Source: Candidatus Bathyarchaeia archaeon
GTDB lineage: Archaea > Thermoproteota > Bathyarchaeia > Bathyarchaeales > Bathycorpusculaceae
Assembly: GCA_049512075.1 (NCBI GenBank)
Contig: JBEKXL010000026.1
Location: forward strand, 1-27,672
Length of the DNA stretch: 27,672 nt
Direction of reading: 5' to 3'
Shown here: one piece after another, positions 8,613-19,300 of the stretch
How positions within the stretch are numbered: the first letter of the stretch is position 1
How the letters are laid out: the number at the start of each line of letters is the position of its first letter
The notes under the pieces: generated by a model
What the model saw: the letters and a program-made list of their open reading frames with translations, nothing else
Database searches by the model: none
What the model was told of the DNA's origin: nothing
Program-made: the position numbers and the translations under genes

Positions 8613-9596
8613 ATGGGAGTCGTTGCCTCAGCTCCCGCGAAAGTTATACTCTTCGGAGAACACTTCGTAGTCTACGGTGAGCCCTCCATCGTTTTGGCCA
8701 TAGACAAACGCGCATACGCAACCGTCGATCGCCGCGACGACAAGCGCATCCATCTGCAGTCGACAAACCTGGGTTTCGCGGGCTTCTTCGAAGATGGAAA
8801 TTTCAAAGTTGAAAAGGGAGATGCGAAAGAAGCCAAGATGAAGTTCGAGGCAATCAAGCTGGCCGTAGAAAAAGTCATGAAAACGTGCGGGGAAGACGTT
8901 GGTCTGAATATTGAAATCAACTCAACCGTTCCTGTCGCAGCGGGGTTGGGCTCTTCCGCAGCCGTGATAGCCGCTGTAACAGCAGCAACCGGTTCCCTTC
9001 TCAAGGCAAAGATGTCAAAGGAAGATGTCTTCCGCATCGCTTGTGAAACCGAAAAGGTCGTACATGGTACCACCTCAGGGGTGGATCCTGCGATTTCAAC
9101 ATTCGGCGGCGCGCTCCTTTTTCAAATGGACACAGGATTCAAGCCTCTGGAAGTGAAGGCGGACATCCCCCTCGTCGTAGGAGACACGGGCGTCGAGAGA
9201 TCTACACGAGTTCAAGTTGAAAAAGTGCGAACCATGATGGAGAACTACCGGACCCTGTTCGAGCCTCTACAAAGAGCTGCCAGAGAAATCGTCCTTAGGG
9301 CCATCGACGCCTTCAAGGAGAACGATTTGGTTACTCTTGGAGAGCTGATGAACATCAATCACGCCTTGCTCTACGCCTTAGGAGTCTCCGACGAGTCACT
9401 CGAATGGCTGATAAACGCCTCACGCAAGGCAGGAGCCCTAGGCGCAAAACTGACAGGAGCCGGAGGCGGCGGATGCATGGTCGCATTAGCGAAAAACGAA
9501 AGGATAGAACAAGTCATGGACGCGATAATGACAGCGGGCGGAAGACCGTTCATAGCGAGAAAAACAGATGAAGGGGTCAAAGTTGAGCAAGCCTGA
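8613..9596 (+). CDS. mvk: Mevalonate kinase
   Basis: GHMP motifs PAKVILFGEHFVVYG, PVAAGLGSSAA, SGVD and KLTGAGGGG. Confidence 0.95.
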   Translation: MGVVASAPAKVILFGEHFVVYGEPSIVLAIDKRAYATVDRRDDKRIHLQSTNLGFAGFFEDGNFKVEKGDAKEAKMKFEAIKLAVEKVMKTCGEDVGLNIEINSTVPVAAGLGSSAAVIAAVTAATGSLLKAKMSKEDVFRIACETEKVVHGTTSGVDPAISTFGGALLFQMDTGFKPLEVKADIPLVVGDTGVERSTRVQVEKVRTMMENYRTLFEPLQRAAREIVLRAIDAFKENDLVTLGELMNINHALLYALGVSDESLEWLINASRKAGALGAKLTGAGGGGCMVALAKNERIEQVMDAIMTAGGRPFIARKTDEGVKVEQA

Positions 9597-10383
9597 GCTT
9601 ACGGTTTTGAAGATTGGCGGATCCGTCATCACGGACAAGAACGGCGAGCTGGCCCCTCGAACACATGAAATAGCCCGTTTGACGGAAGAAATACAGAAAT
9701 CCAACGTCAAAAGGTTGATAATCGTCCATGGAGGCGGAAGCTTCGGTCACCCCTCAGCCCAGAGATACGCGATAAAAGACGGGTTGAAGGAGGCTTCGCA
9801 GAAGATCGGGTTCTCAGAGACTCATCACGTCATGACCGTGCTCAACGGCTTGTTCATGGACTCTCTCATCTGGCACGAGGTTCCAGCGGTAAGCGTTACA
9901 CCGTCTTCTTGCATAATCACCGAAAGCGGAAGAATAAAACATTTTGAAGACGCAGCCATAAGAGCACTGCTGAACATGGGCTTCATTCCCGTCCTCTACG
10001 GAGATGCGGTCGTAGACTCAAAAATGGGCTTCACAATCCTTTCGGGCGATCAGCTCGTCTCAGCACTCGCCATGAGATTCAACGCAGAACGCATAGTATT
10101 CGGCGTCGACGTGGACGGCCTCTACGATGCCGATCCCAAGGTGGAGAAAACCGCCAGGATGTTCAAGCACTTGAATCCGGAAGAACTGAGGAAGCTTCAG
10201 AACAAGCTTTGCAAGCCGACGGCCCGCGACGTTACAGGCGGCATGTTCGGCAAAGTCGTGGAACTGTTGCCCGCCGTCGAACAGGGGATCCAGGTGACCA
10301 TAATGAACGCGTCGAAGCCAGGCAACGTCTGCAAGGTTCTTGAAGGAAGACCAGTAGAAGGCACAGTGATAAGGAAGGAATAG
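9583..10383 (+). CDS. ipk: Isopentenyl phosphate kinase
   Basis: LKIGGSVITDK, HGGGSFGH, GDAV, SGDQ and DVTGGM; lies between mvk and fni; probable TTG start at 9583. Confidence 0.93.
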   Translation: MSKPELTVLKIGGSVITDKNGELAPRTHEIARLTEEIQKSNVKRLIIVHGGGSFGHPSAQRYAIKDGLKEASQKIGFSETHHVMTVLNGLFMDSLIWHEVPAVSVTPSSCIITESGRIKHFEDAAIRALLNMGFIPVLYGDAVVDSKMGFTILSGDQLVSALAMRFNAERIVFGVDVDGLYDADPKVEKTARMFKHLNPEELRKLQNKLCKPTARDVTGGMFGKVVELLPAVEQGIQVTIMNASKPGNVCKVLEGRPVEGTVIRKE

Positions 10384-10386
10384 ATT

Positions 10387-11490
10387 TTGGCAGAGAGGAC
10401 GAGAAAACGGAAAGCAGAGCACATAAACATATCCTTGAATCACAACGTCCAGGCTAAAGAAGTGACAACAGGCTTTGAAGACGTGTTATTCATTCACAGG
10501 GCTTTGCCGGAAATCGACAAACAACAGATAGATTTGTCAACAACAGTTTTCGGTCACAAGTTTGCGGCACCTCTGATGGTGGGCGCCATAACCGGTGGAA
10601 CGCATGAAGCCACAAAGATCAACGCAACGATAGCCGAAGTCGTTGAAGAACTTGGCTTAGGAATGGGGGTGGGCAGTCAGCGCGCCGCGCTGGAAGACAG
10701 GAAGCTTGAAGAATCATTTGCCGTAGCAAGGAAGAAGGCGCCAACAGCCTTTCTCGTTGCGAACATCGGCGGGGTGCAACTGGTTAACGGAATAGGCTTC
10801 AAGAAGGTCAAAAAGACAATGGAAATGGTTGAAGCAGACGCGTTGGCCATACACCTGAACGCTTTGCAGGAGACAGCCCAACCTGAAGGACAGACGAACT
10901 TTGCAGGAATCCTCGAAAAGGTGGCTCGAATCGCTGAAGAACTGGACAAGCCTATCATCGTCAAGGAGACGGGCGCCGGAATGGCTGCTGAAGAGGCAAA
11001 GAAGCTGGAGGCCGCAGGAGTCAAGGGCATAGACGTGAGCGGGGCAGGCGGAACAAGTTGGGCTGCAGTTGAATACTACCGCGCAAGAGAACTCAGAGAT
11101 GCTTCCAGACAGAGACTTGGAAACCTCTTCTGGGACTGGGGGATTCCAACAGCGGTGAGCCTCGTTGAAGCTTCTCAGACAGTGAGCATTCCTGTAATCG
11201 CCTCGGGGGGAGTACGAAGTGGAGTGGACATGGCCAAGTCCTTGACCCTGGGTTCAAGCCTGACAAGCCTTTCCCAGCCAGTCCTTCGGACAGCGGTCAA
11301 GGGAACTCGGGAGACGAGGGATACGCTTTCGCTCCTGATGGACGAATTGCGAAACGTGATGTTTCTCATAGGCGCAGGATCAATCGAAGCTCTGCACAAT
11401 GCTCCAGTTGTCGTAGTGGGTAAGACAGCTGAGTGGCTGAGAACAAGAGGGTTCGGCGTCGAGTCCTACGCGAGAAGAGGAAGGAATTAA
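10387..11490 (+). CDS. fni: Type 2 (FMN-dependent) isopentenyl-diphosphate delta-isomerase
   Basis: RKAEH, ITGG, GSQR, HLNALQE, QPEG, KETGAG, GAGGTSW and WDWGIPT. Confidence 0.96.
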   Translation: MAERTRKRKAEHINISLNHNVQAKEVTTGFEDVLFIHRALPEIDKQQIDLSTTVFGHKFAAPLMVGAITGGTHEATKINATIAEVVEELGLGMGVGSQRAALEDRKLEESFAVARKKAPTAFLVANIGGVQLVNGIGFKKVKKTMEMVEADALAIHLNALQETAQPEGQTNFAGILEKVARIAEELDKPIIVKETGAGMAAEEAKKLEAAGVKGIDVSGAGGTSWAAVEYYRARELRDASRQRLGNLFWDWGIPTAVSLVEASQTVSIPVIASGGVRSGVDMAKSLTLGSSLTSLSQPVLRTAVKGTRETRDTLSLLMDELRNVMFLIGAGSIEALHNAPVVVVGKTAEWLRTRGFGVESYARRGRN

Positions 11491-11492
11491 CC

Positions 11493-12563
11493 TTGAGCTT
11501 TGACGAATTTCTCGAAAAGAATGCCTCAACGGTAAACAAGGCGATTGAGAAGTACATCCCGAGAACCCTGTCAAAAAAAGCCATTCTCTTCAGAGTCAGT
11601 GAACCACGATACGCCTACAACTTGGAGGCCCTGAACAAAACAATTGCTGATCCGATATGGGAATTTCTTGACAGGGGCGGAAAACGGTGGCGCCCAGCGC
11701 TGTTCCTGCTGATATGTGAAGCGCTCGGCAAGAAATCCGCTGGTTTCACCGATTTCGCGATCATTCCCGAGGTCGTGCACAACGGAACTCTGATGGTTGA
11801 CGACATAGAAGACAGCTCAGAATGTCGACGAGGCAAACCATGCACGTACAAAATATTCGGCCTGGACATAGCCATGAACGCTGGAAACGCGATGTACTAC
11901 TTGCCGCTTCTTCCACTGCTGGAAAACAGAAACAAGGTTTCTCCCAGAAAACTCTCTCTGGCCTACGGGGTCTACGCTCAGGAGATGATCAACCTGAGCC
12001 TCGGCCAGGCCACGGACATAGCATGGCACCGGGGCTTGGCAAACGCGGACGAAATAAGTGAAAAGGACTACTTGCAGATGTGCGCGTACAAGACTGGAAC
12101 CTTGGCGAGAATGGCCGCCAAGATTGCGGCTGTCCTGTGCGATGCGGATGAGCAGATGGTTGAAAAGCTCGCACACTTCGCCGAAAGCCTGGGCGTAGCT
12201 TTCCAGATGAAGGATGACGTTCTGGACCTGACTAGCGCGCAGTTCACAGAGAAAAAAGGCGGCCGCGGACAAGACATAACGGAAGGAAAGCGCAGCCTGC
12301 CGGTCATACACACCCTCAAGGTTTCAAACGCTACCGACAGGAAAAGACTCATCGAAATACTCAACATGCACACTTCGGAACAGAGGCTCAGAGACGAAGC
12401 CATCGCCATAATGGAGAAGTACGACTCGATAGAATACACCAAACGGTTTGCCAGAAGAGTCGTCAAAACAAGCTGGAAAGCGGCCGAGCAACTTCTGCCC
12501 AGTTCAGACGCAAAGGAAAAACTAAAAGCCTTCGCGGAATTCTTGACTGAGAGAAAAATCTAG
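11493..12563 (+). CDS. Trans-polyprenyl diphosphate synthase (GGPP synthase-like; chain length uncertain)
   Basis: GGKRWRP, FARM DDIED-x-RRG, GQ, KTG, SARM FQMKDDVLD and DITEGK; probable TTG start at 11493. Confidence 0.92.
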   Translation: MSFDEFLEKNASTVNKAIEKYIPRTLSKKAILFRVSEPRYAYNLEALNKTIADPIWEFLDRGGKRWRPALFLLICEALGKKSAGFTDFAIIPEVVHNGTLMVDDIEDSSECRRGKPCTYKIFGLDIAMNAGNAMYYLPLLPLLENRNKVSPRKLSLAYGVYAQEMINLSLGQATDIAWHRGLANADEISEKDYLQMCAYKTGTLARMAAKIAAVLCDADEQMVEKLAHFAESLGVAFQMKDDVLDLTSAQFTEKKGGRGQDITEGKRSLPVIHTLKVSNATDRKRLIEILNMHTSEQRLRDEAIAIMEKYDSIEYTKRFARRVVKTSWKAAEQLLPSSDAKEKLKAFAEFLTERKI

Positions 12564-12567
12564 ACAA

Positions 12568-14337
12568 TTGAGCGTAGAACCTGTGACGGACAAGATGAAC
12601 ACGGAGCTCAAGGAGTCCATTCGCAAGACGGCTCTGTTGAACGCGGTCAAACATGAGGGTAAGGCGCAGACCGGGCCTGTTGTCGGAAAGATACTGGGCG
12701 AAAAGCCCGAGTACAGGACCAAGGTCAGGGAAGTGTCAGACCTCGTTAACGAGGTCATTCAAGAAGTCAATGGTCTTTCGCTGCACGAACAACTGCACAT
12801 TATTGAGGAAAAATGGCCAGAGGCTCTCGTGAAGGAGAAGGTGCAGGAAGAGAGGCATCTGCCGCCTTTGGCGAACGCGGCGAACTATCAGCGAATCGTC
12901 ACGCGCTATTCGCCGAACCCCGACTGCGTGCTGCACTTGGGCTCTGCCCGGGCGATAGTGCTGAGCCATGAATACGCGCGCATGTACAAGGGCAAATTCA
13001 TACTTCGCTTCGAGGACACTGATCCTAAGCTGAAGAGGCCAGTTCTGGAGTTCTACGATTGCATCAGAGAGGACTTGGCTTGGCTTGAGTGTAGACCGGA
13101 TGAGGAGTACATCCAGAGCGACAGAATCCCGATATACTACGAGTATGCTGAAAAGCTGCTCAAGGACGGTAACGCTTATGTCTGCACATGTGAGCCTGAA
13201 CAGTTTCGAAAGAGAATTCTGGCTCAAAAGCCTTGCGAATGCCGAGATTGCCCAAGGGAAGAGCATCTCGCAAGGTGGCAGCGCATGCTTGAAGGAGGCT
13301 ACAGGGAGGGCGAGGCCGTAGTCCGCGTCAAAACAGACTTGAATCACCCCAACCCTGCGGTGCGCGATTGGCCCGCACTCCGCGTTCTTGACACTGAGAA
13401 GTATCCTCATCCGAGAGTCGGAAGCAAATATCGCGTGTGGCCACTTTACAACCTCGCAGCAGGGGTTGACGACCACCTCATGGGAATCACTCATATCATC
13501 CGCGGGAAGGAGCACCTCACGAACCAGGTTCGTCAGGAGTACATGTACCAGCACTTGGGCTGGAAGTATCCTGAAACCATACATTACGGCAGGTTGAAGA
13601 TCACAGGAGCTTCTCTGAGCAAGTCGAAGATTGTTCAAGGGATGAGGGAGGGGCTCTACGAGAACTGGGACGATCCGCGCTTGGCGACTTTCGCAGCTCT
13701 GCGCAGGCGTGGAATAAGTCCTGAGGCGATTAGACGGCTGATGATTGACATTGGACCCAAAACCTCAGACGTTATGCTGAGCTGGGAGAACCTGTACGCT
13801 CACAACCGCAAGATATTGGATCCAGTCTCTGACAGGTACTTCTTTGTGCAAAACCCGCTAGAGCTAACCGTGAAGCATGTTCCCCAAGAGTTTGTCGCTA
13901 GACTTCGCTTGCATCCTGACAATCCTGAAAGAGGTTTCAGGGAATACACGATAACGCCCAGGGGAAACGATGCTAGCGTGGCTTTTTGGGTTTCAAGAAA
14001 AGATGTAGACTCTTCAAAGATTGGGACGGTGCTCCGCCTGATGGAATTGTTCAACGTGAAAATCCTGAGCGCAAGCATCTACGCCGCTGAAGCCTCTTTC
14101 GAGAGTGAGTCCTACGAGCAGGCAAGGGATATTAAGGCGCAGTTGATTCACTGGGTTCCGGTGGGCGAGGACGTGCCCTGCCAGGTTGTGATGCCTGATG
14201 CAACTCTGGCGGAGGGTGTTGCGGAAGGCCTTTGTAAACGGTTGAAGAAGGACGATGTGGTACAGTTCGAACGGTTTGGCTTCGTGAGGATAGATCGGGT
14301 TGACAACAAGTTAACGGCCTACTACGCCCAAAAGTGA
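12568..14337 (+). CDS. gltX: Glutamate--tRNA ligase (archaeal type)
   Basis: PNPD, HIGH-like HLGS, LRFEDTDP, THIIRGKEH, KMSKS-like LSKSK, WDDPRL and QFERFGF. Confidence 0.96.
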   Translation: MSVEPVTDKMNTELKESIRKTALLNAVKHEGKAQTGPVVGKILGEKPEYRTKVREVSDLVNEVIQEVNGLSLHEQLHIIEEKWPEALVKEKVQEERHLPPLANAANYQRIVTRYSPNPDCVLHLGSARAIVLSHEYARMYKGKFILRFEDTDPKLKRPVLEFYDCIREDLAWLECRPDEEYIQSDRIPIYYEYAEKLLKDGNAYVCTCEPEQFRKRILAQKPCECRDCPREEHLARWQRMLEGGYREGEAVVRVKTDLNHPNPAVRDWPALRVLDTEKYPHPRVGSKYRVWPLYNLAAGVDDHLMGITHIIRGKEHLTNQVRQEYMYQHLGWKYPETIHYGRLKITGASLSKSKIVQGMREGLYENWDDPRLATFAALRRRGISPEAIRRLMIDIGPKTSDVMLSWENLYAHNRKILDPVSDRYFFVQNPLELTVKHVPQEFVARLRLHPDNPERGFREYTITPRGNDASVAFWVSRKDVDSSKIGTVLRLMELFNVKILSASIYAAEASFESESYEQARDIKAQLIHWVPVGEDVPCQVVMPDATLAEGVAEGLCKRLKKDDVVQFERFGFVRIDRVDNKLTAYYAQK

Positions 14338-14351
14338 CGGAGGAGAAAGGT

Positions 14352-14651
14352 GTGCGACAGCAGGATAAGATAATCATTTGGCCAGCTTACTTCGATTCAA
14401 CCAAAACGAGAAACGACGGAAGAAGAGTGTCAAGAAATCTGGCTGTATCTTCCCCCAAAATCATGGAGGTGAAGGAGGCCGCGGAGAAGCTTGGTCTAAC
14501 GCATGAGCTTGTTGCTGATGTTGGCTATGCTAAGACGCCGTGGCTGAAAACCGGCATGATCCTGGTTAAGAAAAAAGGTTCAAAAGGCCAAGTAGTTCTT
14601 CTCATCGCCAAACAGCTTATGAAAATCCGCAGTACTCCCAGTTTGAAGTGA
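14352..14651 (+). CDS. srp19: Signal recognition particle 19 kDa protein
   Basis: IIWPAYFDSTKTRNDGRRV, PW and K..V...IA pattern; GTG at 14352 after GGAG (alternative start 14334). Confidence 0.93.
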   Translation: MRQQDKIIIWPAYFDSTKTRNDGRRVSRNLAVSSPKIMEVKEAAEKLGLTHELVADVGYAKTPWLKTGMILVKKKGSKGQVVLLIAKQLMKIRSTPSLK

Positions 14652-14654
14652 CGC

Positions 14655-15050
14655 TTAGGTTTTTCCTTCTCCGGTCAGAACTGCGTTCAATATTCCGTGT
14701 TGTCCAGGCCGTGAAGTGATGCGTGCCTGGCCCAAAGGTGTCTCCACCACTGCGCCCTTCGTTATTACGCCTCTGCGGTCGTAGTCGATGTTTGCTGGGT
14801 TTTTTACGACTCGCACAACCTCGGTTTTCTCGGTCTTTCCAGTCTTAGGGTCGGTCACAGATACTTGTTTCTCGCTTAATATTTTGAGCTTGAGGTTTCC
14901 TCCTCTTCCTCTTGCAACCTTCCGTTTCTGTTCACCCATGAGAGTTTCTGCTGGAAACGTGCCTTGCTCGTATTTCCTCTTCTTTCTGTAGCCTTTTCTT
15001 CTGGCTCCAGACTGGGTTTTTTTGTGCTGGTCGCCGTGCCAAACGGACAT
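14655..15050 (-). CDS. rps8e: 30S ribosomal protein S8e
   Basis: RKKRKYEQG, RGRGGN, NPAN, RRGVITKGA and TSRPGQHG. Confidence 0.97.
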   Translation of the reverse strand: MSVWHGDQHKKTQSGARRKGYRKKRKYEQGTFPAETLMGEQKRKVARGRGGNLKLKILSEKQVSVTDPKTGKTEKTEVVRVVKNPANIDYDRRGVITKGAVVETPLGQARITSRPGQHGILNAVLTGEGKT

Positions 15051-15100
15051 GGTTTTCTCACTTGGTGCTAAATTTGGTGTTCACTATCACCATTTGTTAA

Positions 15101-15108
15101 AATATAAA
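15101..15108 (-). promoter_or_regulatory. Putative TATA box of rps8e
   Basis: TTTATATT on the minus strand about 50 bp upstream of the rps8e start. Confidence 0.45.
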
Positions 15109-15109
15109 C

Positions 15110-15721
15110 CTATCCGTTTTCAGTTCGAGGATCCTCCACTTTCGGAAAATTCTCAAAAACACGCTTTAACTCTCTCTTCATCGATGCTGTGTCTTGGCTT
15201 AGACCAAAGTAATCCGCAAAGTATTCAGTCGTCCTGAGAACCATGGAACGCCCGTTTCTTTCGCTGGCAATCAAGCCCATATCCTTCAGCTCTTTTATGT
15301 GACCATAGGCATGGTGACCGCGCACGTCAACGACTCTTTTCTGTACTACGGGTTGCCGGTAGGCTATGTACGAAAGTGTCTTCAATGGACCGACAGAGAG
15401 CAACGGTCTGTTGACGAATTTTCTGACGTGCGGCGTGAAATCGCTTTTTAACTGCATGACAAATCTCTCATCCTTTAGTTCCAGGATTTCGAGGGCGGTG
15501 TCCCTGTTCAGGTAGTCCTGTATCAGTTTTTCCACAACCTTTCTTGTCCGGGCTTTTGACCGTGTCTTCAGAACCCAGCACAACTCGTTCATGTCTAGCG
15601 GGTGTCCAGCAACGTACAATGCAGCTTCCACAAGTACTAGGTCATTCTGTGGCTTGCTTCTTTTTTCTTCTTGTCCAACTTCCACGTCGGAATTGACTGC
15701 CTGTTTCTCAGCTTCTTGCAA
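15110..15721 (-). CDS. scpB: SMC-Scp complex subunit ScpB (kite)
   Basis: VEAALY, TLSYIAYRQPV, VRG and TTEYFADYFGL. Confidence 0.94.
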   Translation of the reverse strand: MQEAEKQAVNSDVEVGQEEKRSKPQNDLVLVEAALYVAGHPLDMNELCWVLKTRSKARTRKVVEKLIQDYLNRDTALEILELKDERFVMQLKSDFTPHVRKFVNRPLLSVGPLKTLSYIAYRQPVVQKRVVDVRGHHAYGHIKELKDMGLIASERNGRSMVLRTTEYFADYFGLSQDTASMKRELKRVFENFPKVEDPRTENG

Positions 15722-16394
15722 GACTTAACTCTCCAACCGTGATGTAAATCTCCTCTGTCTCCTCGTTCTGCCACAGGTTTATCTTCCCCTCTTGGGCGAG
15801 AAAGAGCAGCAGGATGAACGTGCGGATGGCCTCCAGTCGTCCAACACCGTTTACGAGGGTTGAGAGCTCTATCAAACCTGCGCCTTTCACTCTCTCCGAC
15901 AGAGATGCGTAGAGTTTTTCCATCTGGAGCTCGATTTCCATCAGGTACAAGTCTAGCTGTGGAAGAATCTCTGACGGTGTTGGCAGAACGTTCTGTGCAA
16001 CCGTTTTTTCCAAGTGTATCAGTTTTTCGCCCTTCAAGACGTCATCCAGGACTTCCAGCAGGTTCTTTATCGTTGTTGAAGTCAGTTCGTGTCTAAGGGG
16101 CAGAAACAGGGGCGGAGGCAAGAAGTCCTGCGGTCCCTTGGGCGGTGGCGGTGGTTCTTCGAGCTTCAGCAGGAGCCTAGACTTCATGAGGTATATGAGA
16201 GCTGAAGAATCAAGGGCAACGCCGGAGGCTCTGAAATCGACCTGCCCTGTTTTCTCCATGCGCTCAAGGAATGACGTGAGCAAATAGGCAATGTTAACGT
16301 TCCAGGGTACAAGCTTCTCGAGTTTGTGAAACTCGAAGAGGATGTTCCATGGCGGAAGCAGATAGAACGGCTTTCTTGTGGCTGCAGAGGACAT
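15708..16394 (-). CDS. scpA: Segregation/condensation protein A (kleisin)
   Basis: PWNVNI...FL...DFRASG...LIYLMKS N-terminus and C-terminal FILLLFLAQEGKINLWQ winged helix; lies between smc and scpB. Confidence 0.88.
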   Translation of the reverse strand: MSSAATRKPFYLLPPWNILFEFHKLEKLVPWNVNIAYLLTSFLERMEKTGQVDFRASGVALDSSALIYLMKSRLLLKLEEPPPPPKGPQDFLPPPLFLPLRHELTSTTIKNLLEVLDDVLKGEKLIHLEKTVAQNVLPTPSEILPQLDLYLMEIELQMEKLYASLSERVKGAGLIELSTLVNGVGRLEAIRTFILLLFLAQEGKINLWQNEETEEIYITVGELSLARS

Positions 16395-19300
16395 CAGCCC
16401 TGCGCCTCCAGGAATTTTGCCGAAACAACGTTCGAGTTTCCGTCGCGCATGTAGACGCCGTAGACTTTCTGGGCTTTGTTCACCATTTCAGGCTTCAGTG
16501 TGATGACTATGAACTGGGTCTCGTCCGACTCTTCCAGGAGCAGATCAGCCAGTTTTGAAACGTGCAGTGCGTCTAGGTGTGCGTCTACCTCGTCGAGAAC
16601 GTAGAAGGATGCGGGTGTGAACTCTCTCAGGGCGAATATGAATGCGACGGCTGCCACTGAACGTTCGCCGCCGCTGGCTCCACCCACCACTATCGAGGGC
16701 TTGTTGGGAAATGTTACGATCATGTCTATTCCACCCTGGAACGGATCTTCAGCGTTTTCAAGCGTCAGCACAGCGTCGCCTCCTCCTGTGACCTTCGAGA
16801 AGTACTTGCGCAAGTTCTGGTTTATCTTGTCAAACGCTTCTGTGAAGACTCTGCATTTTTTGTGGTCAATTTCATCCATGAACTGCAGTATTGCCTGTTT
16901 TTCTTTTTCAAGCTCGTTCATTCTCATCGACAGTTCTTTGTAACGCGAAATCTGATCCGCGTAATGAGAAAGTGCAAGTTGGTTGACGGCGCCTATTCTT
17001 TCCAGTTCGAACTGCATCATTCTTATGGAGGTTTCGGCCTCTTCAACCTGTTTCGGCGCGACGGCCAGTGGTTGCTCATAGCCGAGGAGTTTGAGCTGGT
17101 TTCGGCGTTGTTCAAGCTGCAGCAGAGACGTTTGAACGTTCAGTTGAAGCTGGTTCAGCAGTCTGTCAACCTGTTCATATTCAGTGTCGAGTTTCTTGAG
17201 TTCCTTGTCTATGTCGTCAATTTGGGTCGTGAATTTTTTCGATTCTTCTCTCGCTGAGAAAACACTCTTTGAAAGCTCAACCCGGCTTTTCTCGAGTTCT
17301 CCCAATTCCTGCTTCAGTGATTCTCTATCTTTCAATGCTTCTTCGACTTCTTTCTCGACTCTTCCCTGTTGCTGATTGACTTTTGAAACTTGGATCTTGG
17401 AGTTTTGATATCCAACCCTTAACACATTGTCGAATTGCGACTGGAGTGTTGACGTTTCAGTCTGGGTGGCGCCGAGCTTCTGTCTTAGGGTGATTATTTC
17501 TTCGGCGAGTTTTTCTCTGTCAACTTCCATTTCCTGAATGTGTCCAGGGTCTGCCTTCCTTCTTAAGGACGCCAACTCGGTTTGGAGCTTCCGCAATTCC
17601 TTCTGGATTGTGCTTCTCTCAGCCCTGTGTATCCACATCTGCGATTTTTCATTCTCTATCTCTTTGTCGGTTCGCGTAACTAGGTGATCAATTCGTTTAA
17701 CGTTTGATCTTGTTCTTCTGATGTTTCTTTTGACTCTGGCTATCTCGCGTTCCAGGGTGGTGATGGCTTCTGACAGGCGGGCGATTTCGACGCGGGTCTT
17801 GGCGATTTCTTCTTCGAAACCTGTGATGTCGCTTCCTCTTCTTGAGAGGTGCTGTTGCAGCGCGTTGACTGCTTCGTCTAGGCTTTTGATGGCCAGTTCG
17901 CTTGGGATTATCGTGGAGAAGTCTATTGGAGCGCGGTAGTATCCGCTTTCAAACGCGCCGCCTACCTCGTAGACGTCTCCGTTGACAGTGACCGCGCGGC
18001 AGCCTTTGGCGGAGAGGGCGAAGGCGGTCTTGTCATCTGAAACGATGAGTGTGTCTCCGAAAACAAAGTTGATTGCGGGCTCGAAGTTTTTCTCGTATTT
18101 CATGAAGAGTGGAGCTGCCCCGCTTATTCCCTCTTTTTCCGGAACCTTTGCGGGTTTGACGTTTGTTGCTTCTTGAAGGGGGATTATCTTTACTCGTCCG
18201 AGCTTCATTCTTCTCAGTGCCTCAGTGCAGGTGAAGGCTGAATCAAGATCTTTTACGACGAGTGCGTCTAGCCATCCGGTGGCGGCTGCTTCTATTGCGC
18301 GCTGAAAGCTCTTGTCAATCTTTATCATGTTGCGCAGTCTACCATAGACGCCTTGGATTACGCCGAGTTCGCCCAGTTCTTCTATGCTCCTCAACGCTTT
18401 TTCTTCTGCTGCAACGGTTTCTGCAAGTTCTCTCTGAGTTACGAACTCCACGACTGCTTCGCGGGCTGAATTAGCGATTTTTCCTGCCTCTTCTATTTCC
18501 CTCTCCGCAGCCTCCCTCTGTGCCATTCGTCTTTCGCGGGTTCGTTCCAGGTTTTTCAGCTGTGTCTTCTGTTCTTTCTGGACTTTTTCCAGTTCAAGGA
18601 ATGACTTTTCCAGTTCACTCATCGTTCCAGAAAATCGCGTTTTTCGGTCTTGTATATCTTTAAGTCTTCTAGCATGCACTCTGATGGCCGTCTGGTTTTT
18701 CAGATACTCAGATCTCAGGAATGCGAGCCTCTTGTAGTCATCCTCCAGTTTAAGCTCGATTTCGCGAATTCTCTTGCTGTTTTCGCCGAGGTTCTCCCAA
18801 AGCTGAACAGTCTCCTGTGCGAGAACATCGTGTTCAGCCTGTTTCTGACTTGTCTGGTCGGAGATTCTGTCGTTTTCACTTCTCAACTGTCTGATTCTCA
18901 GACGATTTTCACGTATCTCTTTTTGAATTGACTGGTACTGTTCCAGGTTGTTTTCTCTTATCCGCTTCAGGCCTTCGAGGCTTGTTTTTCCAGAGCTTAT
19001 TTTTGAGGCCATTTCCGTTAGTTTTGACTTGAGTTCTCCGATTCTCACCTGGACTTTCAGTACCTGTGAGCCGCCTTCTTCTACTATTTCTGAGCTTAGT
19101 CTTCGCCATTCGCCTTCAACGGCTCTTCTTTTCGATCTCCGACCATCCCGCAGTTGTCTCAGTTTTTCGAGTCTGCCGCCGATTTTTTCGGCTTCCGAAG
19201 AAGTCTCCTCCACCTTTTTCTGCGTTTGCGCCATTTCATACGAGATTTTGACTGTTTCAAACTTTCTTATCTCGCCGTGAATGAAGTTGGCTCTCAACAG

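Noticed and set aside
12736-13638. Long antisense ORFs (e.g. 300 aa opposite gltX, 227 aa opposite rpoD/rpl18e, 221 aa opposite the SBP)
   Set aside because: Shadow frames of well-supported genes with no motifs of their own.
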